Source: Acidothermaceae bacterium
Lineage (GTDB): Bacteria > Actinomycetota > Actinomycetes > Acidothermales > Acidothermaceae
Assembly (NCBI GenBank): GCA_036501485.1
Contig: DASYAG010000122.1
Span: forward strand, 5,446-69,445
DNA: 64,000 bases
Direction: 5' to 3'
Position numbers and translations under genes: made by a program. This document shows positions 41,952-51,071 of the stretch, in pieces. The notes below the pieces were generated by a model. It saw only the letters and a program-made list of their open reading frames with translations. It was not told the origin of the DNA and ran no database searches. Positions within the stretch are counted from its first letter, which is position 1, and each line of letters starts with the position of its first letter.

Positions 41952-42260
41952 TCAGGTCATCGACCCGTTCGCGTACGTGTGGTCGGCGTCGAGGTTGATC
42001 TCGTGGCTACCGAACCGGCTCGTCACCTTGCCGACCAGGTCGGAACCGACCGAACCGGCCTTCTCCTGCACGACACGGCGCGCACGATCACTGAGATGCA
42101 GTGCCTGGGCCTGCACCTTGTCGGCGGCCTGCTGAACCGCGGGGTTCTTCTTGACCGTCTGTGTGAGCCGCTTGATCTGCTCGTAGCGCTGCCGTCCGGC
42201 GCGTGCGCCAAGGACGTAACCCGCGGCAATGCCGATGACGAGAGTGGCCTTGTATCGCAT
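41952..42260 (-). CDS. YtxH-like small membrane-associated protein
   Basis: An N-terminal helix KATLVIGIAAGYVLGARAGRQRYEQI is followed by charged helices, as in YtxH/DUF948-type proteins. Confidence 0.6.
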   Translation of the reverse strand: MRYKATLVIGIAAGYVLGARAGRQRYEQIKRLTQTVKKNPAVQQAADKVQAQALHLSDRARRVVQEKAGSVGSDLVGKVTSRFGSHEINLDADHTYANGSMT

Positions 42261-42469
42261 GCGCGCTCCTCGGATGTAGGACGTCTCTGAACCGGTCGGA
42301 TCGCCTGACAGGCGGTCGGGTCGGTGCCGATCTGGACTTTAACTACCCGCGACAACCGACGTTATCCTCAACGTTCCCTGCCGGTCGAGTACCGCCGCGA
42401 GGCCCTCAGGCGGTGCTGGCTGGTGCGATACCCTACGGAGGCACCAAAGGCCGGTCCGCCGGCCAGCAT

Positions 42470-42542
42470 TCCTGCGTAGCTCAATTGGCAGAGCAGCCGG
42501 CTGTTAACCGGCAGGTTATAGGTTCGAGTCCTATCGCAGGAG
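42470..42542 (+). tRNA. tRNA-Asn (anticodon GTT)
   Basis: Acceptor stem TCCTGCG/CGCAGGA, D-arm AGCTCAATTGGCAGAGC, anticodon loop CTGTTAA and T-arm GGTTCGAGTCC. CCA is not encoded. Confidence 0.9.
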
Positions 42543-43050
42543 CAAATCCGCAGGTCAGGCCCCATCCGGCCGACCGACCAAGGGCGTTTCGCCCGACCGC
42601 ACACGCCTCTCAGCGCCGACATCGCAGACGTAGCAAGTGGCACCCATCGAAGCCGCCGCGATCGTTGGCGCGTGGTTCGCATCCTTCCTCGGAATGCGCA
42701 AGCTGACGCAGGCACCGATCGCGCCGACTGCCAATGCGACCATGTGCTCTCTGCCGGCAAGATCGGGATGAAGTGCGAACGCGCCAACCACGGCGGCAAT
42801 CAGCAGCCCACCCAACCGCGGGCAGCGCATCGCTATGGCGATGTAGATCGCCAGACCACACGTCGCAGCAGATGGGCCAGTATCAACCGCACGCGCTGAA
42901 TGCGGACTGGCAAGGATCGACTCCCCTTAACGAATTCTTCATGTAATCCGGGGAACATGCAGGCGACTGTCATGTGCGACGCGGCCGCAGGCTCGGTGGG
43001 CTCAGCGCGTGCGCAGGGCCTGTGAACGTGCCGGAGTCGAGGTGGTCGAC

Positions 43051-43152
43051 ATGAAGGCGCTCGGCTACGTGGCGGCGGGTGCGGTGGCGTTGTTCGGATT
43101 GCTTGAGGCGAGCCTCGCTGTCACGGCCATACTGACGATGCGGGTCTACTGA
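43051..43152 (+). CDS. Possible 33-aa hydrophobic peptide MKALGYVAAGAVALFGLLEASLAVTAILTMRVY
   Basis: The ATG is preceded by GAGGTGG at about 5 nt, and the stop lies 8 nt before the next ORF. It has a single TM-like helix. Too short to score statistically by eye. Confidence 0.25.
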   Translation: MKALGYVAAGAVALFGLLEASLAVTAILTMRVY

Positions 43153-43160
43153 GGGGCGAG

Positions 43161-43652
43161 ATGGCTGCCCACTTTCGGATGTCGCGACGCCGAGGCTCCG
43201 CCGCCACGCCGCTCGTTGTCACATCCTTGTTGCTCGCCGCGGCGCTTCTGGTTGGCGTTGGCCAGATCAAGAATGCATCCATCGAGCGTGGCTATCGGCA
43301 CACTCAATATGCCGCCGCATCTGTGGTCAGTGTGGGTGCCAACCGGATCGCGAAAGTTCGATACCTGTGGGGAGGCGCGCCGCGAACCGGCCAGCTCGAC
43401 GTCACTGCTACTTCGGGCGTCGACCGCGGCGACCATCTCGCGTTGCGAGTCTCCGATGGCGGGCATCGTTTGCAGCTCGAGACGCCGTTCTACGGCGCGG
43501 TTTATCCGTGGACTGCCGTCACCTTGATGCTCATAGCGCTGTTCGTCGCGATATCGTCGCGGCGATCGCCGGCAGGGCTCAGTCGGCATAAGCCATGGCT
43601 GCCTGCGGAACTTAGGCGTCCGCGCCGGCGCCATCGGGTCGGTCACGCGTGA
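43161..43652 (+). CDS. Hypothetical membrane protein with DUF3592-like topology
   Basis: An N-terminal TM helix (LVVTSLLLAAALLVGV) and a beta-rich middle are followed by a C-terminal TM helix (WTAVTLMLIALFVAI) and a basic tail. Confidence 0.5.
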   Translation: MAAHFRMSRRRGSAATPLVVTSLLLAAALLVGVGQIKNASIERGYRHTQYAAASVVSVGANRIAKVRYLWGGAPRTGQLDVTATSGVDRGDHLALRVSDGGHRLQLETPFYGAVYPWTAVTLMLIALFVAISSRRSPAGLSRHKPWLPAELRRPRRRHRVGHA

Positions 43653-43706
43653 CCAGCTTCGCTCCGCTGCGCGTTGAACCTTTCGCTAACGCATTTCGGC
43701 AACGCA

Positions 43707-45203
43707 CTACGGCGCGCACGTAAGGTCGGGTGCTGCAATCGCCGTGGTCGTTGCTGGAGCCGCGGCGGTGCTGATGGCGGTGAAGTCGGTGCCTAGGGTC
43801 AGCACTACGCCAGCCGTTGTTGACGAGACGAGCGCTGCTTGCGGCACGTGGGTTTGTAGCAATTGGGCAGCTGCGAGATCGGCGTCGTCGTAACGGATTG
43901 TCGTGACCGGGGTGCTTGTCGCGTCGCCGACCGTGCCGACGTGAAAACCGAGTACCTGCAACGCAACCGCTGTCGTGCGCGCGAGCCCTGATCGCCCAGT
44001 GCCGTTTTCGACGTTAATAAGAACATCGGGCGGGGACGCCGGGGGCGCTGATGCTGAGGCCGACGCTGACGTTGAGCTGTCATTCTCGAAAGTCGCGAAA
44101 AGTGCGGCCATCGCGGAGGGGTCGAGCTCGACGTTGTCTTGGGGTTGATTGCCGTAAACACTGCTTGTTGCCGAGTAGTTCGAATTCAGGATCGGTGCTG
44201 TGAGAAAGCTGACGTGGCTGGCGTCGAGGTGGCTGAACCGGGACGCAAGTTTGCGCATGTCACCTAACGAAAGGCCGGAGTCGACTGTCAGCGATTTCGT
44301 CGCCTGATTGAGGAATTCGGTGAGCTTCAACGGATTAACCAGAGTGCCGGCTGAGAGAACCTTCTGCAGCATCACCGACAGGAAGTACTCCTGGTCCTTG
44401 ATCCGCTCGAGGTCCTGGTTCGGGAAGGATTCGCGGTCGCGCACCAGAGCCAGTGCTTGGACGCCGTTGATGTGATGCTCACCAGCCGTGAGAAAGTCTC
44501 CAGAGTTGGTGTCGTGACGAGTGGTCGCGACGCAAACGTCGATACCGCCCAGGGCGTTGACCATTCCCTGGAAGCCAGGAAAGTTCACTGAGGCGAAATG
44601 GTCGATGTGCAGGCCAGTCAGCTGTTCCATGGTGGCCACAAGCAGGGGTGCGCCGCCAATCGAGAACGCGGCATTAAGTTTGGCGTAGACCGCCGCGTGC
44701 GACACGTTCTTGGCGTCAATGTAGGCGGGTAGCTGAACCCACGAATCACGTGGGAACGACACGACCGTCGCCTTGGCCGTCCCGGCCGGGATATGCACCA
44801 GCATCACGACGTCCGACCGTTGGCCTGTGACGAACGCCGAGCTGCCCGGAGCGACGTTGTACGCCTGGCCGCCGGCGAAGTCGCGGCTATCCGAGCCCAT
44901 CAGCAAGAAGTTCTCCGAACCGGGCACAGGTGTTGGCGCGGCAGTAGGAGTAGCCGTCGACGATGCTGTGGCGGCGCTGGTGCCGACGTTGGCTGAGGGT
45001 GACGGCGTCGCAGCGAAACGGATGTTGACGCGATGAATCTGATGGAAGAGCAGCGAGCCGGTAACAACGACGCCCACGATCACCACGACGCAAAGCACTG
45101 CGACAATGGAAAGTGCTTGCCGCCACCGAAGCCGACGCCACCATCGACCCGCAGCACTCGCTACGGACCCGGTTGATGGAGGCCCGGCAGGTGGAACCGT
45201 CAT
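43707..45203 (-). CDS. LCP (LytR-CpsA-Psr) family protein with LytR_C-like tail
   Basis: Motifs NFLLMGSDSR, RSDVVMLVHIP, VSFPRD, INAAFS-type segment and a C-terminal LytR_C-like domain. Start set at ATG 45203 (GGAGGA 9 nt upstream); the 45204..45344 extension has low third-position GC. Confidence 0.85.
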   Translation of the reverse strand: MTVPPAGPPSTGSVASAAGRWWRRLRWRQALSIVAVLCVVVIVGVVVTGSLLFHQIHRVNIRFAATPSPSANVGTSAATASSTATPTAAPTPVPGSENFLLMGSDSRDFAGGQAYNVAPGSSAFVTGQRSDVVMLVHIPAGTAKATVVSFPRDSWVQLPAYIDAKNVSHAAVYAKLNAAFSIGGAPLLVATMEQLTGLHIDHFASVNFPGFQGMVNALGGIDVCVATTRHDTNSGDFLTAGEHHINGVQALALVRDRESFPNQDLERIKDQEYFLSVMLQKVLSAGTLVNPLKLTEFLNQATKSLTVDSGLSLGDMRKLASRFSHLDASHVSFLTAPILNSNYSATSSVYGNQPQDNVELDPSAMAALFATFENDSSTSASASASAPPASPPDVLINVENGTGRSGLARTTAVALQVLGFHVGTVGDATSTPVTTIRYDDADLAAAQLLQTHVPQAALVSSTTAGVVLTLGTDFTAISTAAAPATTTAIAAPDLTCAP

Positions 45204-45603
45204 CGAAGCTACGTCCTCCAAACCACTCTTTGTAGGCGCGGCCCATTGCTTCGGTCTGGAGGAGTCTCGCAGGCAGACCTTACGTAGGGCTGTCGGTGCG
45301 CGAGGACGTCGATGCCGTCGTACCAAAGGATGCGGTCGTGCCAATGTATGGATAGACAGGATCGCCTAACTGCATGGAGATACTAGTGACGCCGTCGCCT
45401 GAGGTCGCCTACGGGTTGGTATTCGCTGCGTTGCGTCAAGGCCGTGGCTGGGAAGTATCAAGTGATGTAAATCAGCGCCTCACACAGACGTGACGGACTT
45501 GAGGCCCCGCGATTTAGCACCCCAAGTAGCTGACGATTTCATGACAGAGAAACAGGTCCCGGTACGTGTAACGCTATCCGTGTGAGTCGCGTAGGTTCGA
45601 CGC

Positions 45604-46566
45604 ATGGACGGCGACGAGCTCCGAAGGGGGGACCCGCGGAGCATCGACCGGCGTACCGTCCTCAGGGCTGGCGTTGCGGCCGCAGTTGCCGGCATAGCGG
45701 GCGGCAGTCTGGTCAGTTGTACGGCGAGTGCTAAGCGGGCCACTCGCGCGACCGCGGATCCCAACGCTGCCGACGCCTCGGCTATCGCGGTACCGACCGC
45801 CGCGGCCACCAGTGCGACGGGTCGTGCTGTGCCGAGCGCGCCGCCGTCAACGCCGGGCGCGGCGCAGTTAGCCTCGCCGTCAACGCCACAGTTGGCTTCG
45901 TTGGCACCGAGTCAGTCTGCGTCAACGCAGGCGGCGGCTTCTGAGGTCCGACCTGGCGCTCCCGCCGTGGAGATCACTCACGGGCCAATAACTGCGCACG
46001 GCGTAGCTCTGACGTTCCATGGCGCGGGCGATGTGACGCTCGCGACCCGGCTGCTGGCGGAACTCGAGACGGCAGGCGCGCGCGCGACCATTTTGGCCGT
46101 CGGGCAGTGGCTCGATCAGGAGCCGGCGATGGCGAAGCGAATCCTTGCCGGCGGTCATGAACTGGGCAACCACACCTACCGTCATCTGACCATGCCCCCA
46201 TTGTCGGAGGCGGTCGATGAGTCGGAGATCACTCGCTGCGCAGATGTTCTGCGCCGGTTGACGGGTTCAGCGGGCCGTTGGTTTCGGCCGTCGGGCACAG
46301 TGCACGCAACTGCGGCAATTCTCGAGGCGGCAGGTCGTGCCGGGTATGCGACGAGTTTGTCCTATGACGTCGACCCTTCGGACTACGCCGATCCTGGATC
46401 GACGGCGGTTACCACGCGAGTGTTAACGGCCACGCGGCCTGGTTCAATCGTGTCGCTGCATTTGGGTCACCTCGGTACCGTGCAGGCGATGCCCGCGATA
46501 CTTGACGGCCTTCGCTCACGTGGTTTGGCTGCGGTGACGATGTCGGACTTGATGGTTGAGAGTTGA
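45604..46566 (+). CDS. Polysaccharide deacetylase (NodB-type), Tat-signal lipoprotein
   Basis: Has a twin-arginine motif DRRTVLRAG and the lipobox LVSC. NodB motifs are LTFHGAG, ATILAVGQW and GHELGNHTYRH. Confidence 0.8.
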   Translation: MDGDELRRGDPRSIDRRTVLRAGVAAAVAGIAGGSLVSCTASAKRATRATADPNAADASAIAVPTAAATSATGRAVPSAPPSTPGAAQLASPSTPQLASLAPSQSASTQAAASEVRPGAPAVEITHGPITAHGVALTFHGAGDVTLATRLLAELETAGARATILAVGQWLDQEPAMAKRILAGGHELGNHTYRHLTMPPLSEAVDESEITRCADVLRRLTGSAGRWFRPSGTVHATAAILEAAGRAGYATSLSYDVDPSDYADPGSTAVTTRVLTATRPGSIVSLHLGHLGTVQAMPAILDGLRSRGLAAVTMSDLMVES

Positions 46567-46579
46567 TGTGCTCGGCGAG

Positions 46580-47905
46580 ATGCGGATGAGGTCTCACGGA
46601 TCCAGAGCAGTTGCTGCGCTGTGCGTTATCGCGGCGCTCGGATTGTCCGGCTGCACGGCGCGCGACCACGACGGCTTCGCTCCTCGCATCGGTGCGGGAC
46701 CCATAGCAGCGCACACGACCGCAGGCGTCCCGGACGCTGCATCCTCGAGCATGACGCCTGAGGGCGCCACCTCCCCAGCGGCCGATCCGGTAGCCTCCGG
46801 CACGCGCACAGACACAATGCCCGAATCAAGTCCGCTGGTAATATCGACGTCTACCTCGCCCATGCCGGCCGTCGCAAATCCATTGCCGGGGATGCCCGTG
46901 GCGGACGACGCCGCGAACATTTACAACCATGACGGCGCCAACATGCTCAGCCCGGTGGTCGCTGGGTTCCCGAACCTCGTCTACGTGCCGAACAGCAATA
47001 GCAACACCGTCGACGTCATCAACCCGGTGACGGGCGCGATCGTCGAGCATTTCGCGGTGCCGACGCAGCCGCAGCACGTGGTTCCGTCGTACAACTTGAA
47101 GACACTATGGGTGAACAGCGACGTCGGTAACGCGCTGACACCGATCAATCCCGCCACTGGGCTGCCAGGCAAACCGATCGCGGTCGCTGACCCGTACAAC
47201 CTCTACTTCACGCCCGACGGTAAATATGCGCTCGTGATGGCCGAGCGGTTGCACCGCATCGACTGGCTCGACCCGACAACGATGGTGTTGATTCACACCA
47301 CCCCTGTTCCGTGTTCCGGGGTTAACCACGCCGACTTCTCCGCAGACGGCCGTTACTTCATCGTCAGCTGCGAGTTCGACGGTCGGGTGTTGAAGATCGA
47401 CACGCTGACCAAGCAGATAGTCGGTGTCATGCGTTTGACGCCAGATGCGATGCCGCAAGACGTGAAGGTTTCACCTGACGGGAAAGTGTTCTACATCGCC
47501 GACATGCAAAGCAACGGCGTGTGGGAGATCGACGGCGACACGTTCAAGAAGATCGGCTTCTTGCCGACCGGAAAGGGCGCCCACGGCCTTTACATCAGTC
47601 GGGACGCATCCGTGATGTACGTCACCAACCGCGGCGAGGGGTCAATCTCACTTGTCGACCTGGCAACTCGAACGGTCGAGACCACGTGGAAGATTCCTGG
47701 TGGCGGGTCGCCCGACATGGGTGGCCTTTCGGTCGATGGCATGCAGTTGTGGGTGTCAGGTCGATACAACGGGGTGGTCTACGAGATAAGTACGGTGGAC
47801 GGCCACTTGATCAAGGAGATCAGCGTTGGTAGCGGACCACACGGACTTTGCGTGTACCCCCAACCAGGCCGGTATTCGTTGGGTCACACTGGCGTTTTCC
47901 GCTAG
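46580..47905 (+). CDS. YVTN-family beta-propeller lipoprotein (YncE-like)
   Basis: Lipoprotein signal MRMRSHGSRAVAALCVIAALGLSGC. Repeated ...VYV.N..SNTV.VI....... and ...P.G..FYIAD-type blades follow. The start is ambiguous (46556, 46580 or 46586). Confidence 0.75.
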   Translation: MRMRSHGSRAVAALCVIAALGLSGCTARDHDGFAPRIGAGPIAAHTTAGVPDAASSSMTPEGATSPAADPVASGTRTDTMPESSPLVISTSTSPMPAVANPLPGMPVADDAANIYNHDGANMLSPVVAGFPNLVYVPNSNSNTVDVINPVTGAIVEHFAVPTQPQHVVPSYNLKTLWVNSDVGNALTPINPATGLPGKPIAVADPYNLYFTPDGKYALVMAERLHRIDWLDPTTMVLIHTTPVPCSGVNHADFSADGRYFIVSCEFDGRVLKIDTLTKQIVGVMRLTPDAMPQDVKVSPDGKVFYIADMQSNGVWEIDGDTFKKIGFLPTGKGAHGLYISRDASVMYVTNRGEGSISLVDLATRTVETTWKIPGGGSPDMGGLSVDGMQLWVSGRYNGVVYEISTVDGHLIKEISVGSGPHGLCVYPQPGRYSLGHTGVFR

Positions 47906-47928
47906 CCCGCCTCGGAATTGCTGCAGCG

Positions 47929-48909
47929 ATGACTCGGCGGGGCCTGCAGATAACCCTCGGCGTCTTGTGGCTGGTCGATGCCAGTCTGCAGTTCCAGCCC
48001 GCCATGTTCGGTGGGCGGTTGGTGACCGAGGTACTTAGCCCTGCGGGCGACGGCCAAGCATCATTCGTCTCGAGGCCGGTCGAGCACGTCGCGCATCTGG
48101 TCAGCGGGCACCCGGCTTTATTCAATGCCGCGTTTGCTTCCGTGCAACTCGCGATCGGAGTTGGTCTGCTACTGCGCCGCCCCGTGGTCCTTGCGCTCTT
48201 CGCTTCAATCGTCTGGGCACTTGCAGTGTGGTACTTGGGCGAAGGGCTCGGCGGCTTGACTGGGCCGAACGCCGCGTTACTGACGGGCGCACCGGGTGCC
48301 GCCCTGTTGTACGCGGCGTTGGCAGCAGGTGCGTGGCCTCGTGCGGCGTCGGACCACCCCGAACCGCCACCCGCGGCCTGGCTGGCATTCGTGTGGGCTG
48401 CCTACTGGGTCGGTGGGGCGATCTTGCAGCTGTGGCATGGGCCGCGTACTGGGCCGGACTTGGCTGCCACCATTGGGGAGAGTGCCAACGGCGCCCCCGG
48501 CTGGCTCAGTCGTTTCGACTTCACCATCGCGCGAAACGCCGGGCATGTCGGTGCCGCGGTTCTCGACGGTTTCGTTGCGCTGCAAGTACTGACCGGGCTC
48601 GCCGTCTTCGCGCCCGCGCAGTTCCGCAAAAGTGCCGCAGCTGTCGGGACGTTGATCAGCTGCGGGTTCTGGATCATCGGCGGCGGATTCAGCCAACTGT
48701 TAAGCGGCCACGCCACCGACCCGGGCACGGCACCTCTGGTCATCGTCCTTGCCCTTGCGATTTCCACGCGACACGCAGCGAAAACGGGAACTCCCATCGG
48801 AGCCGGTCGACCCCCTCAGCGAGTACTCAGTAACCGGCCTTCGCGCCTAAGACCTGGGCCGTTGTATCGTCCGCGGAGAATCTCACGCACAGTTCGACGC
48901 ACGAGGTAG
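47929..48909 (+). CDS. Polytopic membrane protein of unknown family
   Basis: Several TM helices are visible (ITLGVLWLVDASL, AIGVGLLLRRPVVLALFASIVWALAVWYLG, LAFVWAAYWVGGAIL, and others). It ends 4 nt before the DyP start codon. Confidence 0.55.
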   Translation: MTRRGLQITLGVLWLVDASLQFQPAMFGGRLVTEVLSPAGDGQASFVSRPVEHVAHLVSGHPALFNAAFASVQLAIGVGLLLRRPVVLALFASIVWALAVWYLGEGLGGLTGPNAALLTGAPGAALLYAALAAGAWPRAASDHPEPPPAAWLAFVWAAYWVGGAILQLWHGPRTGPDLAATIGESANGAPGWLSRFDFTIARNAGHVGAAVLDGFVALQVLTGLAVFAPAQFRKSAAAVGTLISCGFWIIGGGFSQLLSGHATDPGTAPLVIVLALAISTRHAAKTGTPIGAGRPPQRVLSNRPSRLRPGPLYRPRRISRTVRRTR

Positions 48910-48913
48910 GTCC

Positions 48914-49957
48914 GTGACTGCATCTTCGCAGGACGTCTTGGCGCGGCCGGCTGCCGCGGCGATCTTCCTCGTTGTCACCGTCGACGCCGGAGCGGAGGAC
49001 GGCGTCCGCGACTTGCTTGCCGACGCGGCGGGGCTCGCGCGGTCGGTCGGATTCAGGCGTCCGGACTCGGACCTGAGCTGCGTCGTGGGAATCGGATCTG
49101 CCCTATGGAATCGGCTCTTCGCCGGGCCTAGGCCGACGGGTCTCCATCCATTCGTCGAATTGCGTGGTTCCCGGCACACCGCGGTCGCGACGCCGGGAGA
49201 CCTGCTGTTCCACCTGCGGGCGCGTCGCCTCGACGTCTGTTTCGAACTCGCCCGGCTGCTGGCGAACCGGTTCGCGGGCTACGCGCACATCGTCGACGAG
49301 GTGCATGGGTTCAAGTACTTCGATGAGCGCGACCTGATGGGGTTTGTTGACGGTACGGAGAACCCCAACGGCGTTGCAGCGGTCACTGCCGCCATCGTCG
49401 GTGCCGAGGAGCCGGATTTTGCCGGCGGCAGCTACGTCATCGTGCAGAAGTACCTGCACGACCTGACCCGCTGGGAGACGCTGCCCGTTGAGGAGCAACA
49501 GCGGGTCGTAGGAAGAACGAAGTTGGACGACGTGGAGTTGGCCGATGACGTCAAGCCGACGAACTCGCACGTGGCGCTCAACACGATTAATGACCCAACG
49601 GGCGCGGAGCGGCAGATCTTTCGGAGCAACATGCCTTTCGGCAGCCTCGGTGACGCCGAGTTCGGCACATATTTCATCGGCTACTCGGCCACGCCCGACG
49701 TGACCGAAGAGATGCTTCGCAATATGTTCATCGGCAAGCCGCCCGGGAACTACGACCGGATACTCGACTTCTCGACCGCAGTAACCGGCAATCTTTTCTT
49801 CGTGCCAAGTGCCGACTTCCTCGACAACCTTCCCGATCCACCGGGACGCGGCAGCGCTGCCGCACCCGCCACGATTGACGTCACTACATCCAGAGTCGAA
49901 GACGCGCATAACGGTTCGCTGTACATCGGAAGCCTGAAAGGGATGCCATCGCTATGA
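48914..49957 (+). CDS. Dye-decolorizing (DyP-type) peroxidase with encapsulin-targeting tail
   Basis: The DyP motif GFVDGTENP is present. The C-terminus ...NGSLYIGSLKGMPSL matches the SLxIGSLKG cargo-loading peptide. Confidence 0.9.
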   Translation: MTASSQDVLARPAAAAIFLVVTVDAGAEDGVRDLLADAAGLARSVGFRRPDSDLSCVVGIGSALWNRLFAGPRPTGLHPFVELRGSRHTAVATPGDLLFHLRARRLDVCFELARLLANRFAGYAHIVDEVHGFKYFDERDLMGFVDGTENPNGVAAVTAAIVGAEEPDFAGGSYVIVQKYLHDLTRWETLPVEEQQRVVGRTKLDDVELADDVKPTNSHVALNTINDPTGAERQIFRSNMPFGSLGDAEFGTYFIGYSATPDVTEEMLRNMFIGKPPGNYDRILDFSTAVTGNLFFVPSADFLDNLPDPPGRGSAAAPATIDVTTSRVEDAHNGSLYIGSLKGMPSL

Positions 49958-50754
49958 ACAATCTGTACCGCGAACTCGCGCCGATCTCGGGCGTTGCCTG
50001 GGCTGACATCGAGGCCGAGGCACATCGCACCTTTGTCAGGCACGTCGCGGCCCGCCGGGTGGTCGATCTCATCGGACCGTCCGGCACCAAGCTCGCAGGC
50101 GTTGGCACCGGCCATTTGAAAACCCTTGATCCTCCGGCTGACGGCGTTCTTGCGCGCAGTCGCGAGTTGCAACCCGTCGTCGAGTTTCGGGTGCCATTCG
50201 TGGTTGATCGGCAGGCCGTCGATGACGTCGAGCGCGGCGCAAAAGACTCCGACTGGCAATCGGTCAAGGACGCCGCGAAGGAGATCGCGTTCGCTGAGGA
50301 TCGCGCGATATTCGGCGGGTACGAGGCGGCCGGCATCGCCGGTATTCGCGCAAGCAACTCGAACACACCGGTCGCGCTACCCGACGACGTCCGCGAATAC
50401 CCGACTGCGGTGGCGCAGGCGCTCAGTGCGCTGCGCCTCGCCGGGGTCGACGGTCCTTACAGCCTGCTGCTCCCCGCTGACGCCTACACGGCAGTGGCCG
50501 AAACCACCGACCACGGGTATCCGATCCGTGAGCACATCGCCCGTGTCGTCAAGGGCGGCGACATCATCTGGGCACCGGCGTTCGACGACGGCCTGCTGCT
50601 CACGACGCGTGGCGGCGATTACGAACTGCACCTCGGCCAGGACGTGTCGATCGGTTATTTGTCGCACAACGCCACGCAGATCGAGTTGTACTTCCAGGAG
50701 TCGATGACGTTCTTCGTCCAGACCAGCGAGGCCGGAGTCACTCTGACCGTGTAA
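49954..50754 (+). CDS. Family 1 encapsulin shell protein (linocin M18-like)
   Basis: MNNLYRELAPISGVAWADIEAEA... and the 266-aa length are typical of this family. The ATGA start overlaps the DyP stop codon. Confidence 0.9.
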   Translation: MNNLYRELAPISGVAWADIEAEAHRTFVRHVAARRVVDLIGPSGTKLAGVGTGHLKTLDPPADGVLARSRELQPVVEFRVPFVVDRQAVDDVERGAKDSDWQSVKDAAKEIAFAEDRAIFGGYEAAGIAGIRASNSNTPVALPDDVREYPTAVAQALSALRLAGVDGPYSLLLPADAYTAVAETTDHGYPIREHIARVVKGGDIIWAPAFDDGLLLTTRGGDYELHLGQDVSIGYLSHNATQIELYFQESMTFFVQTSEAGVTLTV

Positions 50755-50760
50755 GCCGGA

Positions 50761-50964
50761 CTAGTGCCTCATCGGGCCGTACGGGAAGACCGTACAGAGA
50801 CCGGTGCCGTCCGCGTGCTTCGACTGTGGGTGGTGACACCAATAGCACTCACCACTGGGCCGATGTGGTGGCGGCGACGCATAGCCGCGACAGACGCATC
50901 GACCCTCGACGCTGGCCGCAGCTATCTCCCGCGAGGCCTGGTTGTTCTCGGCGAAGTTGCCCAC
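50761..50964 (-). CDS. Small Cys/His-rich protein (possible zinc ribbon)
   Basis: 67 aa. The GTG start is preceded by GAGGAGG at 7 nt. Cys/His clusters are CVCRG....CYWCHHPQSKH...C. Confidence 0.45.
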   Translation of the reverse strand: MGNFAENNQASREIAAASVEGRCVCRGYASPPPHRPSGECYWCHHPQSKHADGTGLCTVFPYGPMRH

Positions 50965-51071
50965 CAGGCAACCTCCTCGGGGCCAGAAGAGAGATCGGGC
51001 TAATCACCCGTTGTACCGCCGTCCGCGCCATTTGTGGAGGAACTTTGCCAAATCCATACGCCTGCGGGTAA

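Noticed and set aside
42339-42368. TTAACT-N18-TATCCT as a possible promoter for tRNA-Asn
   Set aside because: The match to the consensus is only loose, and it lies about 100 nt upstream of the tRNA. It cannot be supported without transcript data.
42555-42830. 91-aa minus-strand ORF next to tRNA-Asn
   Set aside because: It has no ribosome-binding site and only moderate third-position GC. The hydrophobic frame continues upstream without a start codon. It may be a gene remnant, so it is discussed as a finding rather than called as a CDS.
45204-45344. N-terminal extension of the LCP gene
   Set aside because: Third-position GC falls to roughly half in this stretch. ATG 45203 has a GGAGGA site and yields a normal cytoplasmic-tail-plus-TM start.
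45592-45600. 9-nt match (TAGGTTCGA) to the T-arm of tRNA-Asn, considered as a possible att site
   Set aside because: It is too short to be significant in 64 kb, and no integrase or other mobile-element gene lies between it and the tRNA.
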